DNA of 64,000 bases, taken from the NCBI GenBank assembly GCA_977017575.1, contig CDRNVI010000199.1, forward strand, positions 139 to 64,138, given 5' to 3'. This document shows positions 48,307 through 59,056 of this stretch, piece by piece. Numbering within the stretch: position 1 is the first letter of the stretch; each line of letters starts with the position of its first letter. The translations under genes and the position numbers were made by a program. The notes under the pieces are model-generated. The model had not been told where the DNA came from and searched no databases. It was given only the letters and a program-made list of their open reading frames with translations. Source of the stretch: Paramoeba atlantica (taxonomy: Eukaryota > Protista > Discosea).

Positions 48307-49926
48307 AGTTGGTAAAGAAACTCCAATGCATCCCATGCTAAAGAGATCTTTGGATCTAACTCTTAATTTATCTTCCCTCCCCCCCCCCTTTCTTCCCCCC
48401 TCTTTTCCATCCTAGAGATGGTTTTTTAACTCTAATAAATGGCACCTGGTGTCTGAACCTTAAAAAAAAAAAAGTTACAAGGCTCATTATTGTGCTGATG
48501 GAAGTGGTGTGACAAAGAAATTGAATTCTGACCCTGAACTTGGCTTTGAAGACAATTACTCTGGATCTGCAACATCCACCTCTCTTAATCTAACCTATGT
48601 GGTTGCTGCAATGTATAGCCTTGAAGTTGACTCTGGTGATGTCCCTGGTGCCTATCTTCAATCAGAAATGCCAAAAGGAAATATTGTTTATTATGTGGAG
48701 CAACCAGAAGGATTTAAAGACCCTACTCATTCTGACTGGGTTTGCATGTTGAACAAAGCCTTGTATGGAGTGCCAATTGCTGGACAAAGATGGAATTTGA
48801 CCTTTTGAAAATTCCTTGTGGAAGAATTAGGATTCAAATGCAGTAAACCAGACCCCAATCTCTACATTCGACATGATGATGATGGTAATTTCTGCCTATT
48901 TCCGACTGTTGTTGATGATACCCTCAATGTATGCTCCTCTGATGCATTAAGAGAAGAAATCCACACAAAATTGTATGATCGTTTCAAGTGGAAAAATGAT
49001 GGTAAATGCTCTTGGTTCCTTGGATGCGCTGTGAAACAAAATGCTAATGAGATAACTGTTGATCAATGTGCCTACCTCAAAACTGTGCTGAAATCCTTTG
49101 AGAAATATGATGTCAAGCTCTCCAATGTGCCTGCAAATACCAAGCTCCTATCTGCCCCGACTGAAGATGAACCAATTACTGATTTTCCTTACTCAAGCCT
49201 TGTTGGATCTTTAAATTGGCTGATGAAAACTAGACCTGAAATATCCTTTGCTGTCTCACAATGCTCTCACTACCTTCACAACCATGCCCAGTGTCATGAT
49301 GAAGCTGCTTTGAAAGTTCTTGGATATTTGAAGAAAAATCCAAATCATGGTCTGTGTTTCCCTAAATCTCATTTCAACAAAGAAAAATTATTTGTAGATG
49401 CCTGTGCTGACTTGAGCAATGCTGATTGCCTTGATGATCGAAAATCCTCCTATGGATACACTCTGAGAGCCAATGGAAGACCCCTCTCTTGGTGCTCCAA
49501 GAAATCCCCACAAGTTTGCTTATCAAGTTGCAAAGCTGAATACCATGCTATAAGTGAATGTGCCCAGGAAATCAAATTTGCAAGAAACCTATTGAAAGAC
49601 CTTGAATTACCATCCAATGATGTTATCCCTATGCGAGTTGATTCCAAACCTGCAACTGCCATTGCTGAAATTCCTAGAGTAACCCAAGGCAACAAACATT
49701 TTGATGTTTGTGACCATTTCATTCGTGATGCCATTGATGATAAAGTCCTTAAAATTGATCGAACCCCATCTGCTGAGAATATTGCTGATATATTCACAAA
49801 ACCTTTGCCTCCAGCAAAATTTATCCCCTTCAGAGAAAGCTTTGTGGCCCCAATTCCCACTTCTGCTCCTTGATCTGTCTTGTTCCTTGCTTTTGCATTT
49901 TGTTCTCATTTGAACAGTGCTGCTTG

Positions 49927-50455
49927 TGTGTGGCCAAGGGGAAGAAGGAGAGGGACAAGAAAAACACAACAGAAAGGAACTGAAGAGAATGATTTATTTG
50001 TATCAACAAACAGAAAAGGGGGAACAAATGATTTGTGACAGCAGAGAAAAAGGGGGAAAAACAACACAAAACAAAGGAGAGAAAGACAGCAAAAACAGTG
50101 TGAAAAGAGTGTTTTAGTGGCAGATAACTGCAATAGAACACAGGTGGATCATTCATGAATCAACATCCCAAAAAGCATGAAGAAAAGGAAAAAAACAGGA
50201 GAAAAGAGAGGGGAGGAAAAGTGAGAAAAGGGGAAAAAGAAAAGGGAAAGGAAGGAAAGAAAGAGAAGGGGGGAGGAAGGATGAGAGAAGAGGAAGGGAA
50301 AGAAGAGAAAGAGAGAGAAAAGAGAAGAAGGAAAAGAGAGGGAAGAGAGAGAGTGTCAATCGGGGAGAACAGGGAGAGAGAGATCAGTTGTTTGGCAGAA
50401 GAGGGAGTGAGAATGGCTCCAAATGGAAAACACAAGAGCCGACAGGATCATAACA
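49927..50455 (-). repeat. Inverted Cp1 LTR (529 bp) with its PPT on the minus strand
   Basis: Reverse complement of 50492-51020; minus-strand GAGGAGGGTG (50456-50465) directly precedes its TG start. Confidence 0.92.
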
Positions 50456-50491
50456 CACCCTCCTCAATTTGGAGCCATTTGAACAACAAGC

Positions 50492-51020
50492 TGTTACGAT
50501 CCTGTTGGCTCTTGTATTTTCCATTTGGAGCCATTCTCACTCCCTCTTCTGCCAAACAACTGATCTCTCTCTCCCTGTTCTCCCCAATTGACACTTTCTC
50601 TCTTCCCTCTCTTTTCCTTCTTCTCTTTTTTCTCTCTCTCTCTTCTTTCCCTTCCTCTTCTCTCATCCTTCCTCCCCCCTTCTTTTTCTTTCCTTCCTTT
50701 CCCTTTTCTTTTTCCCCTTTTCTCACTTTTCCTCCCCTCTCTTTTCTCCTGTCTTTTTCCTTTTCTCTGTGCTTTTCGGGATGTTGATTCATGAATGATC
50801 CACCTGCATTCTATTGCAGTTATCTGCCACTAAAATGCTCTTTTCACGCTGTTTTCGCTGTCTTTCTCTCCTTTGTTTTGTGTTGTTTTCTCCCCTTTTT
50901 CTCTGCTGTCACAAATCATTTGTTCCCCCTTTTCTGTTTGTTGATACAAATAAATCATTTTCTTCAGTTCCTTTCTGTTGTATTTTTCTTGTCCCTCTCC
51001 TTCTTCCCCTTGGCCACACA
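50492..51020 (+). repeat. Cp1 terminal 3' LTR (529 bp)
   Basis: TGTTAC...CACACA followed by the TSD GATTC; preceded by CAAGC and not by a PPT. Confidence 0.93.
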
Positions 51021-53898
51021 GATTCCAAGATTCAGAGGATTCTGCGAGCTCTTTAAAAGGGGGTTCGTTAAGATCCCAGTTGAAGTCACCTCCCAGAATG
51101 TTCAGTCCATCTTTGGAGAAGAACTTTCTGATTTGGTCTTGCATAAAGGGAAGTTTCAGATTGCGATGCCAGTAGACATTCATCACAGCATATTCAGTAT
51201 TGAAAATCTTGGTTCTCAGTCCAAACAAACCACTCTCAGAGCTTTCAATTGGGTATGGTTCTATATCATGAAGGCCTTCCATTCTTTTGACTCCAATGGC
51301 CAGGCCCTGCTTCTGTTCCAAGAAGGGGTCTTTGAACCACAAATATTTCCTCAAACAATTCTTGAGATGATCAAGATCTTTTTCAGATGCAGCATGGGTT
51401 TCTTGAAGCAAAATAAACAGAGGATGGCAACTTGCAGCCATTCTACAGCAAAGGTTGAGTTTTTCATCATTGTGAACACCATTGATGTTCCATGATAAAA
51501 TCCTCATGTCTGGGAATTTGTTATACTGATACAGGTTTGGAAGTGGCAGCACAGAGAAGGGAGGAAGAAAAGAAGATGAAGAGGGTTGGAACACCAAGGC
51601 AGGTGCTTGAGGGGTTGGGGAGGCAAGGTTTGTTTTTTGACAAAGATCAATAATGGGAGAGTCAGAGGGATCCTTCAGTGGTGGAAAGAAAGATTTTAAA
51701 TTGTTGTTGTTTTTCTTTCCTTTCATTCTTTCCTTTATGAGGGGGAGGAAGAAGAGGAGGATGAAACATTGCTTGACTCAGGGAATCGAGCACTATCCAT
51801 TGTCAACACTGTCTCACCCCATTCTATTTGATGCAAATCTCCAAGAACTGTGAACCTGTTTGAGGCAGGGATCTCTGAAAAAGGATAAATCGCTTTTTCC
51901 TTTCTGGGGACACCAGTGGGGACACTCTTATCACAGTCATTTTCCTTTGTTTTTTCCTCTTCATCTTTCTCTTCTTCTATCTCCTCTTTCCCTTTCTCCT
52001 CTTTCCTACTTTTCTTTTTCTTCTTCTTCGCTGGCTTCTTGGTTACAGGTAATGGTTTGGTCCCAGTAAGAGTTGGTTCCTTCTCCTCAACTGTCTTTTC
52101 TGACACCACCCTCTTCCTCAGTCTGGATTTCGGCTTTAATTTCAGTTCCTCAACCACCCTATCAATAACGTGGCCAAGGAAGTCTGCATCAAAACTCGAT
52201 TCCCATTTAAACTGTCCTTTTTCCAACTCTCTCTTCAACTTCCCAAGGCTATCTTCAGTCCTCTCCCACTCACACTGGAAATTCGCCCCATCTAATATTT
52301 TCCAAGCCCCTTCAGTGTTGTGGATAGTCATCAACCATTTGCTCCCAGAAATTGGATCAGATGAGAATCAAGGTTTGCTCATGTCTGGGGAAAACTCGTC
52401 CTCATCTTCAATTAAAATAACCCCCCTCTCTGCATCAGTTTCAGCAACAATGTCTTCAAGGAAATCCATCATATCTCTTTGAGGGATTGTTGGAGTTTCT
52501 GACGTACTGCCCGAGCGAGATGATGTGGCCAGAGTTTGGGAGAGTGATTCCTTATGAGGTTTAGTAGTCTTGAGCGAAGATTTGGGTTGGTTACTTCTTG
52601 AAGGGGCTGATTTTTCCTTGGAGGAACCTTCTTGAAGAGCGGTTTTCCTCACGTTTGAGCTTTGATCAACCTCCATCAGGGTTGTAGATGGGGGACAAGG
52701 GTTAGCAGACTTCATTGGGGGTGGTGCCCTCTGATTGGGATTTGGTAATATGGGAAACTGGGATAGAGAGAGATTCGTACCTTGGTTCCCTTGATTAGTC
52801 AAGGATTCTGTAGGAATAATAAATCTTTTATGTGACTGTTCCCTCAATTTCGTGATCATCATGAGAAGGGAAGGAAATTTCCTCTGAGAGTCTATCTTAT
52901 TATTTAACTTTTTGATGATTCCTCCCTCTCCCTCCTTGTCCACAATCTCCTTTGCACATTTTAAATGCCTTGAGTGTGAAATCTCACACACTTGGCAATT
53001 TACTTTCTTGTGAAAGGGACTCATAGGGGTCCACAGAGAGATCCTACCTTGGAACTCATTGTTAATAATAAAAGAACCTCTGTGCTTGGCAATAATATGT
53101 GTCAGAATGAGGGGGATTACATCATAGAAGATGACAATACAATCGTTGCTGATCTGAGCCACCTCTCTTAATCCATGGCGAGGAAGAGCAGATTCACCAA
53201 TAAACAATCTTTGGATCCACTCTTCCCCTTTGATTAAAAAGGGGACACGGAGTTTAAAGCCCTATAAATTCCAATCTTGGTTGTTCTTCCAGACAAAGGG
53301 CTTCCCAAAACCAGTTGTGAGAAGGGAACCATTTTCCAGAATGACTTTCTCCAGGGGTTCGCATGTTTCTTTGTCAAAGGTGGCCATGTTGAGGTGGCCT
53401 TTCATAACATGCAAGAGGAAATTCCCTCTCAGCTTAGGGACTTTGTTGAGTGTGGCCATCGCTCTCTGATAGTTTGGCATTCCTTCATATAAGCAAAAGG
53501 AACCCATTACAAAGATGGGGCAAATTATTGTGTTGTTCTTCACAGAGTTAACCTCAGTTCCAATATGGGACAAGGTCTTTGGTATTTCTTTCTTGACTCG
53601 CAACCACCATCCTTCCTCAGGTGCTCTCTTTGAAGTCGATTTGATTGGAATTTCTTCAGAATTCCCACTTGGGTTTGCATTTTTTTGTTCGTTCTTTGAA
53701 TACAAGGGGGAGTGGGACCCATTCTGGGAGCTCTTAGGGGAAGAGGATGTACTCTTTCCACTGGACATAACAGATTTCTCTGAAGTGCTCAACTAGGCGG
53801 GGTTTCACCAACACAGCAGGTGAAGGAAAGAAAATCAGATTGGGCAAGGAAAGTCTTCTTGAACCAACCACTTTTTTTTTTTCAAAGTCCATCATATC

Positions 53899-54270
53899 TT
53901 TTTTTTTCTTTTTAAAACAAACTTTATTCAATTAGTAGTTTTTAATTTAAACCATTTAAATTACATTAAATTATATTTGTTTTTAACTTCTAACAAGAAG
54001 TGAAGTTTTAAACTTCAGTTTAGTTCAGTTGATCTTTATGCTGAATTTTTGAACTTCTGTAAGTTCATTCTAGAGGATACACATTAGAAGGAAAAATAAT
54101 CTAAAGTTCCTTCCAAGAGAATTTATTTTCAACTTTTTAGTAAATAGAGCTGAAATGTAATTTATTTCAATTTTTATACTTTTTTAAAAGTTCTTCACTT
54201 CAATTAAATCATTTTACAGCACCAGAAAAATTGTCTAAAATATCAAAAAACTAAGATTTGAACTTTTTTT
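53899..54270 (-). mobile_element. SINE copy 3, heavily decayed, head truncated
   Basis: Reverse complement of the SINE from the B-box region to the A tail; its A tail abuts the LINE-A3 TSD. Confidence 0.75.
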
Positions 54271-54813
54271 ACTTAATTTAATTTTCTTTATTTTAAAATA
54301 CAAACCAGCATTCCATAAAACTTTTAAACTTCAAAAACATTTTTTCTGATGTAGTACAGTTAAAAAAAAATAATTTTCTATAAACTTTTTGATTTACCAA
54401 AAAGATTTCATATAATAAACTTTTTATCTTTTTTTTATTATAGTTTTTTCAAACAAATAGTTTTTCTCACTGATCACCAATGAAAAGCTAACATATAAAC
54501 TGTATATAAAAATTCTATAATAATTTAAGTATTTAATTTTAAAATTTTATATTTTTAATTTTTAGAATTTTAATTTTTAGAAATTGTTTTTTAGAATTTT
54601 AATTTTTAATTTTTGAAATTTTAATTTTTAAAGGTTGATTTTTAAAATTCTAATTTTAATTTTTAAAATTCTAATTTTCAAAAGTTTATTTAAAATTGAG
54701 TTGAAATTGTTTATTTGTAAAGATGAAATTTTTTTTTTAAAATTTTAAAAAGACTCAATAAAAGTTTTTAAATGTTCAAAAAATAATAAAAAAAAAAAAA
54801 TTAAAAAAATTCT

Positions 54814-55185
54814 GAGCTTAGAACTTTAGTAGAGGGTGAAATCCAAAGTTTTACATTTTCTAAAATTTCTCTTTACAAAACTTATTCTCTTGGAGAGTTG
54901 AACTTATACCCTTTAAAAAGAGTCACACACTTTTTTCCACTGAACCAAATATAAAAAGTTAAAAAAGTAAAAATTTTAAATTATTTTTAAATGACAAAGA
55001 TCAAAAAGTTAAATATCATTCATAAAAAGAACTTTTTTGTTAAATTTACTCATGACTTTATTGAAAAAAAATCATCATTTTCCATGAAGGATGTGAATTC
55101 AATTCTTCAAAAGATTGAGTTTTGAGAAGAGAAATTTTGGGAAATGCAAAACTTTGGATTTCACCCTTTGCCAAAGTTCTGGGTC
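54814..55185. mobile_element. Mutator-like MITE / foldback element (about 370 bp)
   Basis: Imperfect TIRs of at least 60 bp (AGAACTTT-G-AGGGTGAAATCCAAAGTTTT...), G...C ends, 9-bp flanks AAAAATTCT/TAAAATTTT (7/9). Confidence 0.55.
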
Positions 55186-55270
55186 TAAAATTTTCAAAAA
55201 AAAAAAAATTTTGTTTTTTTTTAACTTTCAAGGGTTTTTTAGAAACTCTCAATACAGTTAATTTAGATAA

Positions 55271-57681
55271 CACTGCATCTGATTTTTGAGAAAATGTGAA
55301 TTTTAAAAATAAAATTTGGGTCCATTTTTTTTAGTAGCAATCCAGTGTTTAAAGGTGTCGTAAGCAACTTTTTGATGGTTGTTAAGGTGATAATTTTGTG
55401 TTTTTTTTTCAAATATCAGATGCACAAACCCAGCACCCATAATTCAAAATCCATTTTCATTTTTCAAAGACTGTGTTTCCAAATGTAACCCAACTTGGTT
55501 AACTCAAAACTTGATGTATTTTCCCATCCTAAATAAAAGAGAAGAGAAAGCCTAATATCTTTTTTGTCATGATGAAGAACTGTCCCACAAGCAATTGAGA
55601 GCCAAAATTCTTCAATCAAGCAAAAATCTTTGTTGAAAGAGTCTTCGAGAAGGAGTTCAGGTTCGAACAGAGTGAGCAATTTGTTTAGACATTTGAGAGA
55701 AAAACAAAAAACAAGAAGAAAAAAAAAGAAAAAAAAATAAAGGACTTGAACTAAATCATTTTGACTGTATTTTTTGAATAAAAAAAAAGAAAAAAAGTAA
55801 TCTGAAAAAAATCCAAGATGAAAATTGCTAATTTTTTTGTTTTTTTTTCTTTCAAATTTTTGATTCTTTTTTCAAAATGCTTGCCAGATTCAATCTCAAA
55901 AGAAAAAAATGAATTCAATCATAAAAAAAGAAAAGAAGGAAATTAAAAATGGAATTCTTGCTCTGTCAACCAATTCCCCATAATTCTTTGTTTTCTTCTT
56001 CATGGACATTATCACCAAAAAACCCTTTTCCTCTCTCGATGTTATTGTTTCCTCCTGTTCATTTTTCAAAGCTATCTAAGGATAGTTATTCTACTCTCTC
56101 TCTCCTCCTTCACCTTTATTATTTGATCATTTTTGTTTTTCGACTGCACGAGAATTTGTAAAAACAAATAAGAGTTTAGTGTCTTGGAAAGTGCTTGAAG
56201 AGAAGGTTATGTTTCTGTTTGATCATCTTGTTTTTCTTTTTCTTTCTTTTTTTTCTTTTGTTTTTCTCCCCTTTTTTTCTTTCTTTTTTTTTCTTCCTTT
56301 TTATTCTTCCTTTTTATTCTCTCTTTTTTTCTCCTTTTTTCTCCTTTTTCTTTTTTCTTTTCTTTTTTTTTTTATTATTCTTATCATTTTTAAAAATATC
56401 TTTTTTGAATCCACACAATACAGATTTCTAAAATTGTTGGAAGAATGAGTTGAAAGAAAGCAAGTGGTTCACATGGACTCTCAAAACCAATGGATTATTC
56501 AAAACTGTGACAACCACATTATTTTAACAAGAAAACCAGGAAAAAGCACTATTGTTGTTGAGAACTTATTTTAAAACCAAACCAGCAACAGTTTCTCCCC
56601 AAAATCCATTGCCAGCTTTGGAGCAGGAAGTTTTGGAAATGGAATTTCAAACTCTGGTGATTTCAAGTGTATTGGCTCTCTAAACAAAGGATCTAAGACT
56701 CACTGAAATATTATCACATCATTTGGATTTTTTAGTAACCCATATCATTCATCATCATATTCACAAACTGTGCTTGTTTCAAATCATCAGATTTCTCAAG
56801 GTTTTGAAAGTCTATTTATTAAATTTTAAGAAATTATAATCCTTCAAAACACACACAAAAAAAAAATGAATTAACCTTTTCGAATCACTTTCTTCACAAC
56901 TTGCTTCCCAATGGGCAGACAATGAATGAGTTCTTGAATCAGTCTTTTTGAAATGCTGGACTTGAACTTTTCAAAAGTTCAAGTTCAGTGTTTCAAAAGG
57001 TTTATCCTCTTTAATCTGTGTTCCTTCATACCTTCGAAGAGATAAACCACTTTAAAGTTTGTAATCTCTTCTGTTTTCCTCTTGATTTGAGATGTAAAAG
57101 CTCTCCTTTCCCATTGTTTTTCATGAATAACAGAAGTGTTGATGATTGGAAGTTGTTCTATTTTTGTTTGGAAGAAAAATTGAAAAATTGTCATTTAAAA
57201 AGAAAGTTAAACCAGATTGTTTTGTCTTTTTGACTTTTTTAATCTTTTTGATCTCTTTCCAAAAATCTTTTTGGTGTTTCTGTGAGATTCAGGTGTGCCC
57301 ATTTTCAAAAAATTGCCTGATCTATTTATTCTTAGACTTTAGAATATGGAGAAAAAAGTAGAACCAAAATAGAAAAGGACATCTTCTCTTTCAAGGGGAG
57401 ATATTGGCAGTTTGACCAACACTTTTTTAACACTTTTCAACATCTCTCCCATAAAAGTTGTTTTTTTGGTTCTTTAAAAATACATTATTTCAAAGAACAT
57501 CAAAAAACAAATCAAAATCAAAAAACAAACCTTAAAAAGACTTCAAACAAAGATCAAAAAAGTGGATGGCAGAAGCAAAGAGAAGTATGAAAGAAAAATA
57601 TGAGAAAACACAAGAACACAAACACTGTCCAAAATAGGGACTCAAAAAAAGTGTGCGATTTTTGAAAAATCGAATGTGGTG
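55271..57681. mobile_element. Family T copy 2, both termini present, non-autonomous (2.4 kb)
   Basis: Inward-reading termini CACTGCATCTGATTTTTGAGAAAATG and CACCACATTCGATTTTTCAAAAATCG; right 1.1 kb homologous to the transposase 5' region; 5-bp flanks GATAA/GATTG match only 3/5. Confidence 0.78.
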
Positions 57682-57989
57682 GATTGATAAATTCATAACT
57701 TGAAGTTCATAATTTAGCTAATTTGAAATGATTTTCACTTTCTTTTTTTGAAAAGAGAGTTAGATATGATGTTATTTATTAAAATTAAAAAACCATCAGT
57801 AAATACAAGAAGTGAGTTTAGTTTGAGGTTTTTTTTTTTAAGTTTTTTATAAAATCCTTTTCATAAAATGAAATTGGGAAACTATCTTTAAATATTTTTA
57901 GTAAAAATTACAAGGAAAATTAAAGTGTTTATAAATTAAAGTGTTTTCAAGAGTAGTTTGAATTGAAAATAAAATGTGAAGAGTAGTTA

Positions 57990-58990
57990 CTATGTTTCCT
58001 CAGAACTTCCTAACAAAATATGTTGAAGGGATTGGGAAAGCCTAGTTACAGACTAGAGGGGAATTGATCCAATTCCACAAAGTTGAGTTTAAAACAATCC
58101 ACTCTTCACTAGTTTCAGCAACATGTTGTGCTCTTGAATCTCATTGGTGGTCTTTCACAGCACATTTTCCATTCTCTTTAGACCAACTTGCAGCAATTGC
58201 AATTGCATCAGCTTACTTATTCAACTTCTGAGGTACATGGGCAAATTCCACCTTGTTAAAGTGAACTGCCATCTCATGAATTTCACAAAGTAATCCATTC
58301 AAGGAATAATTGTTGATGGTGTGAGTTTTGGGAGCTGCCTTGGTGAGAATTATACAATCTCCAACAATCTCAATCTCATTTGTCATTGATCTATAACATT
58401 GCATCTCTCTCAGGCAACCTGTGAATTCACCAATATTGTTTGGTCTAAAAGAGATGGTTTCAAGTCCACCACATATCTCTTTCCCTTCTCTGAAAATTGC
58501 ATAACCTGCATCCCCTAGGTGAGGGTCTGTTCACCTTGAGCCATTATAAAACACTTGAAAGTCTTTGAAATTAAAACTTTTCTTCTCATTAGATCTCTTC
58601 TTAGCCTGAAATCTTGGAGGCCAAGGGAGGATTTTGTTCTTTCCAAAATTTTCTCAAAAATTTCAATGGCAATTGAATGGCAATAGATTGGGATCCTTCA
58701 GCCCATGGTCCACAGACTCAAAAGAGCAGCACTCACCACTGAGGTTTCTTGCCTGGTAAGATACTTTGAGACAATACCAAAAAAAAACACACACCCTTGG
58801 TCTCTTGCCAGCCTGGAACTTTCAATTTTGTAAATTCACTTGAAAGCAACTAACAGCATTGATACCAAATCCTGATTAGTGACTTAGGTGACCTGCATCC
58901 ACCCTTGATGTAATCACAAATGAACTACCAAAATCCTGGCTTGTTCCTTCATCAGTGAAATGAGGAAGGATATTAATATGCTTATATTGA
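57990..58990 (-). pseudogene. Diverged LINE (family C) ORF2 3' fragment with RNase H
   Basis: KVPGWQETK...VSKYLTRQETSVVSAALLSLW and IEIVGDCIILTKAAPKTH...EFAHVPQKLNK align with LINE-A ORF2; boundaries approximate. Confidence 0.85.
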
Positions 58991-59056
58991 GGCAGGAGGT
59001 ATGTGATGAGTCAGCCAATTGCAGTATCATCTTGACAGTGTTCATTCACCTCAAGT

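Larger units (their letters stand above)
41872..48469 (+). mobile_element. LINE family A copy 4, full length
   Basis: 13-bp TSD AAAAGTTACAAGG (41859-41871, 48470-48482) inside Copia RT; 5' A tract 41874-41888; AATAAA then poly(A) from 48462. Confidence 0.97.
38205..49873 (+). pseudogene. Cp1 gag-pol (38205-41871 plus 48483-49873): gag, CCHC, protease, integrase, RT, RNase H
   Basis: CFNCGLGHHTA*KC; IIDSGCTT; WHQRHGH, CDAC, HIDL, CDGASEF, PQENGVAER; WTLVP, VDSGDVPGAYL, LNKALYG, VVDD; AEYHA, ENIADIFTKPL. IN precedes RT (Copia order); one frame with in-frame stops. Confidence 0.95.
37542..51020 (+). mobile_element. Ty1/Copia LTR retrotransposon Cp1, full length, containing LINE-A copy 4 and an extra inverted LTR
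   Basis: TG...CA LTRs 37542-38075 and 50492-51020; 5-bp TSD GATTC (37537-37541, 51021-51025); removing it restores LINE ORF2 SWNL|SRLGW. Confidence 0.96.
33819..53883 (-). mobile_element. LINE family A copy 3, full length, split by the Copia element
   Basis: TSD AAAGTCCATCATATC at 33804-33818 and 53884-53898 (may extend into the A runs); poly(A) 33819-33830; ORF2 33985-37541 plus 51021-51726; ORF1 51735-53768; A11 tract at the 5' end (53872-53882). Confidence 0.95.

Noticed and set aside
38205-49873. Alternative genetic code (TGA/TAG/TAA read as sense), suggested by long single-frame ORFs with many in-frame stops
   Set aside because: Paralogous copies have CGA or TGG at the same codons, and the three host genes have no internal stops and end in TAA/TAG; C-to-T decay explains the pattern.
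49927-51020. DIRS/Ngaro-type tyrosine-recombinase element suggested by inverted terminal repeats
   Set aside because: No tyrosine recombinase or methyltransferase ORF; the repeats are the Copia LTR with PPT and 5-bp duplications.
55271-57681. ProtoRAG with a RAG2-like gene
   Set aside because: No Kelch-repeat or PHD pattern is visible in the passenger frame and the TIRs do not show 12/23-type asymmetry that I can support.
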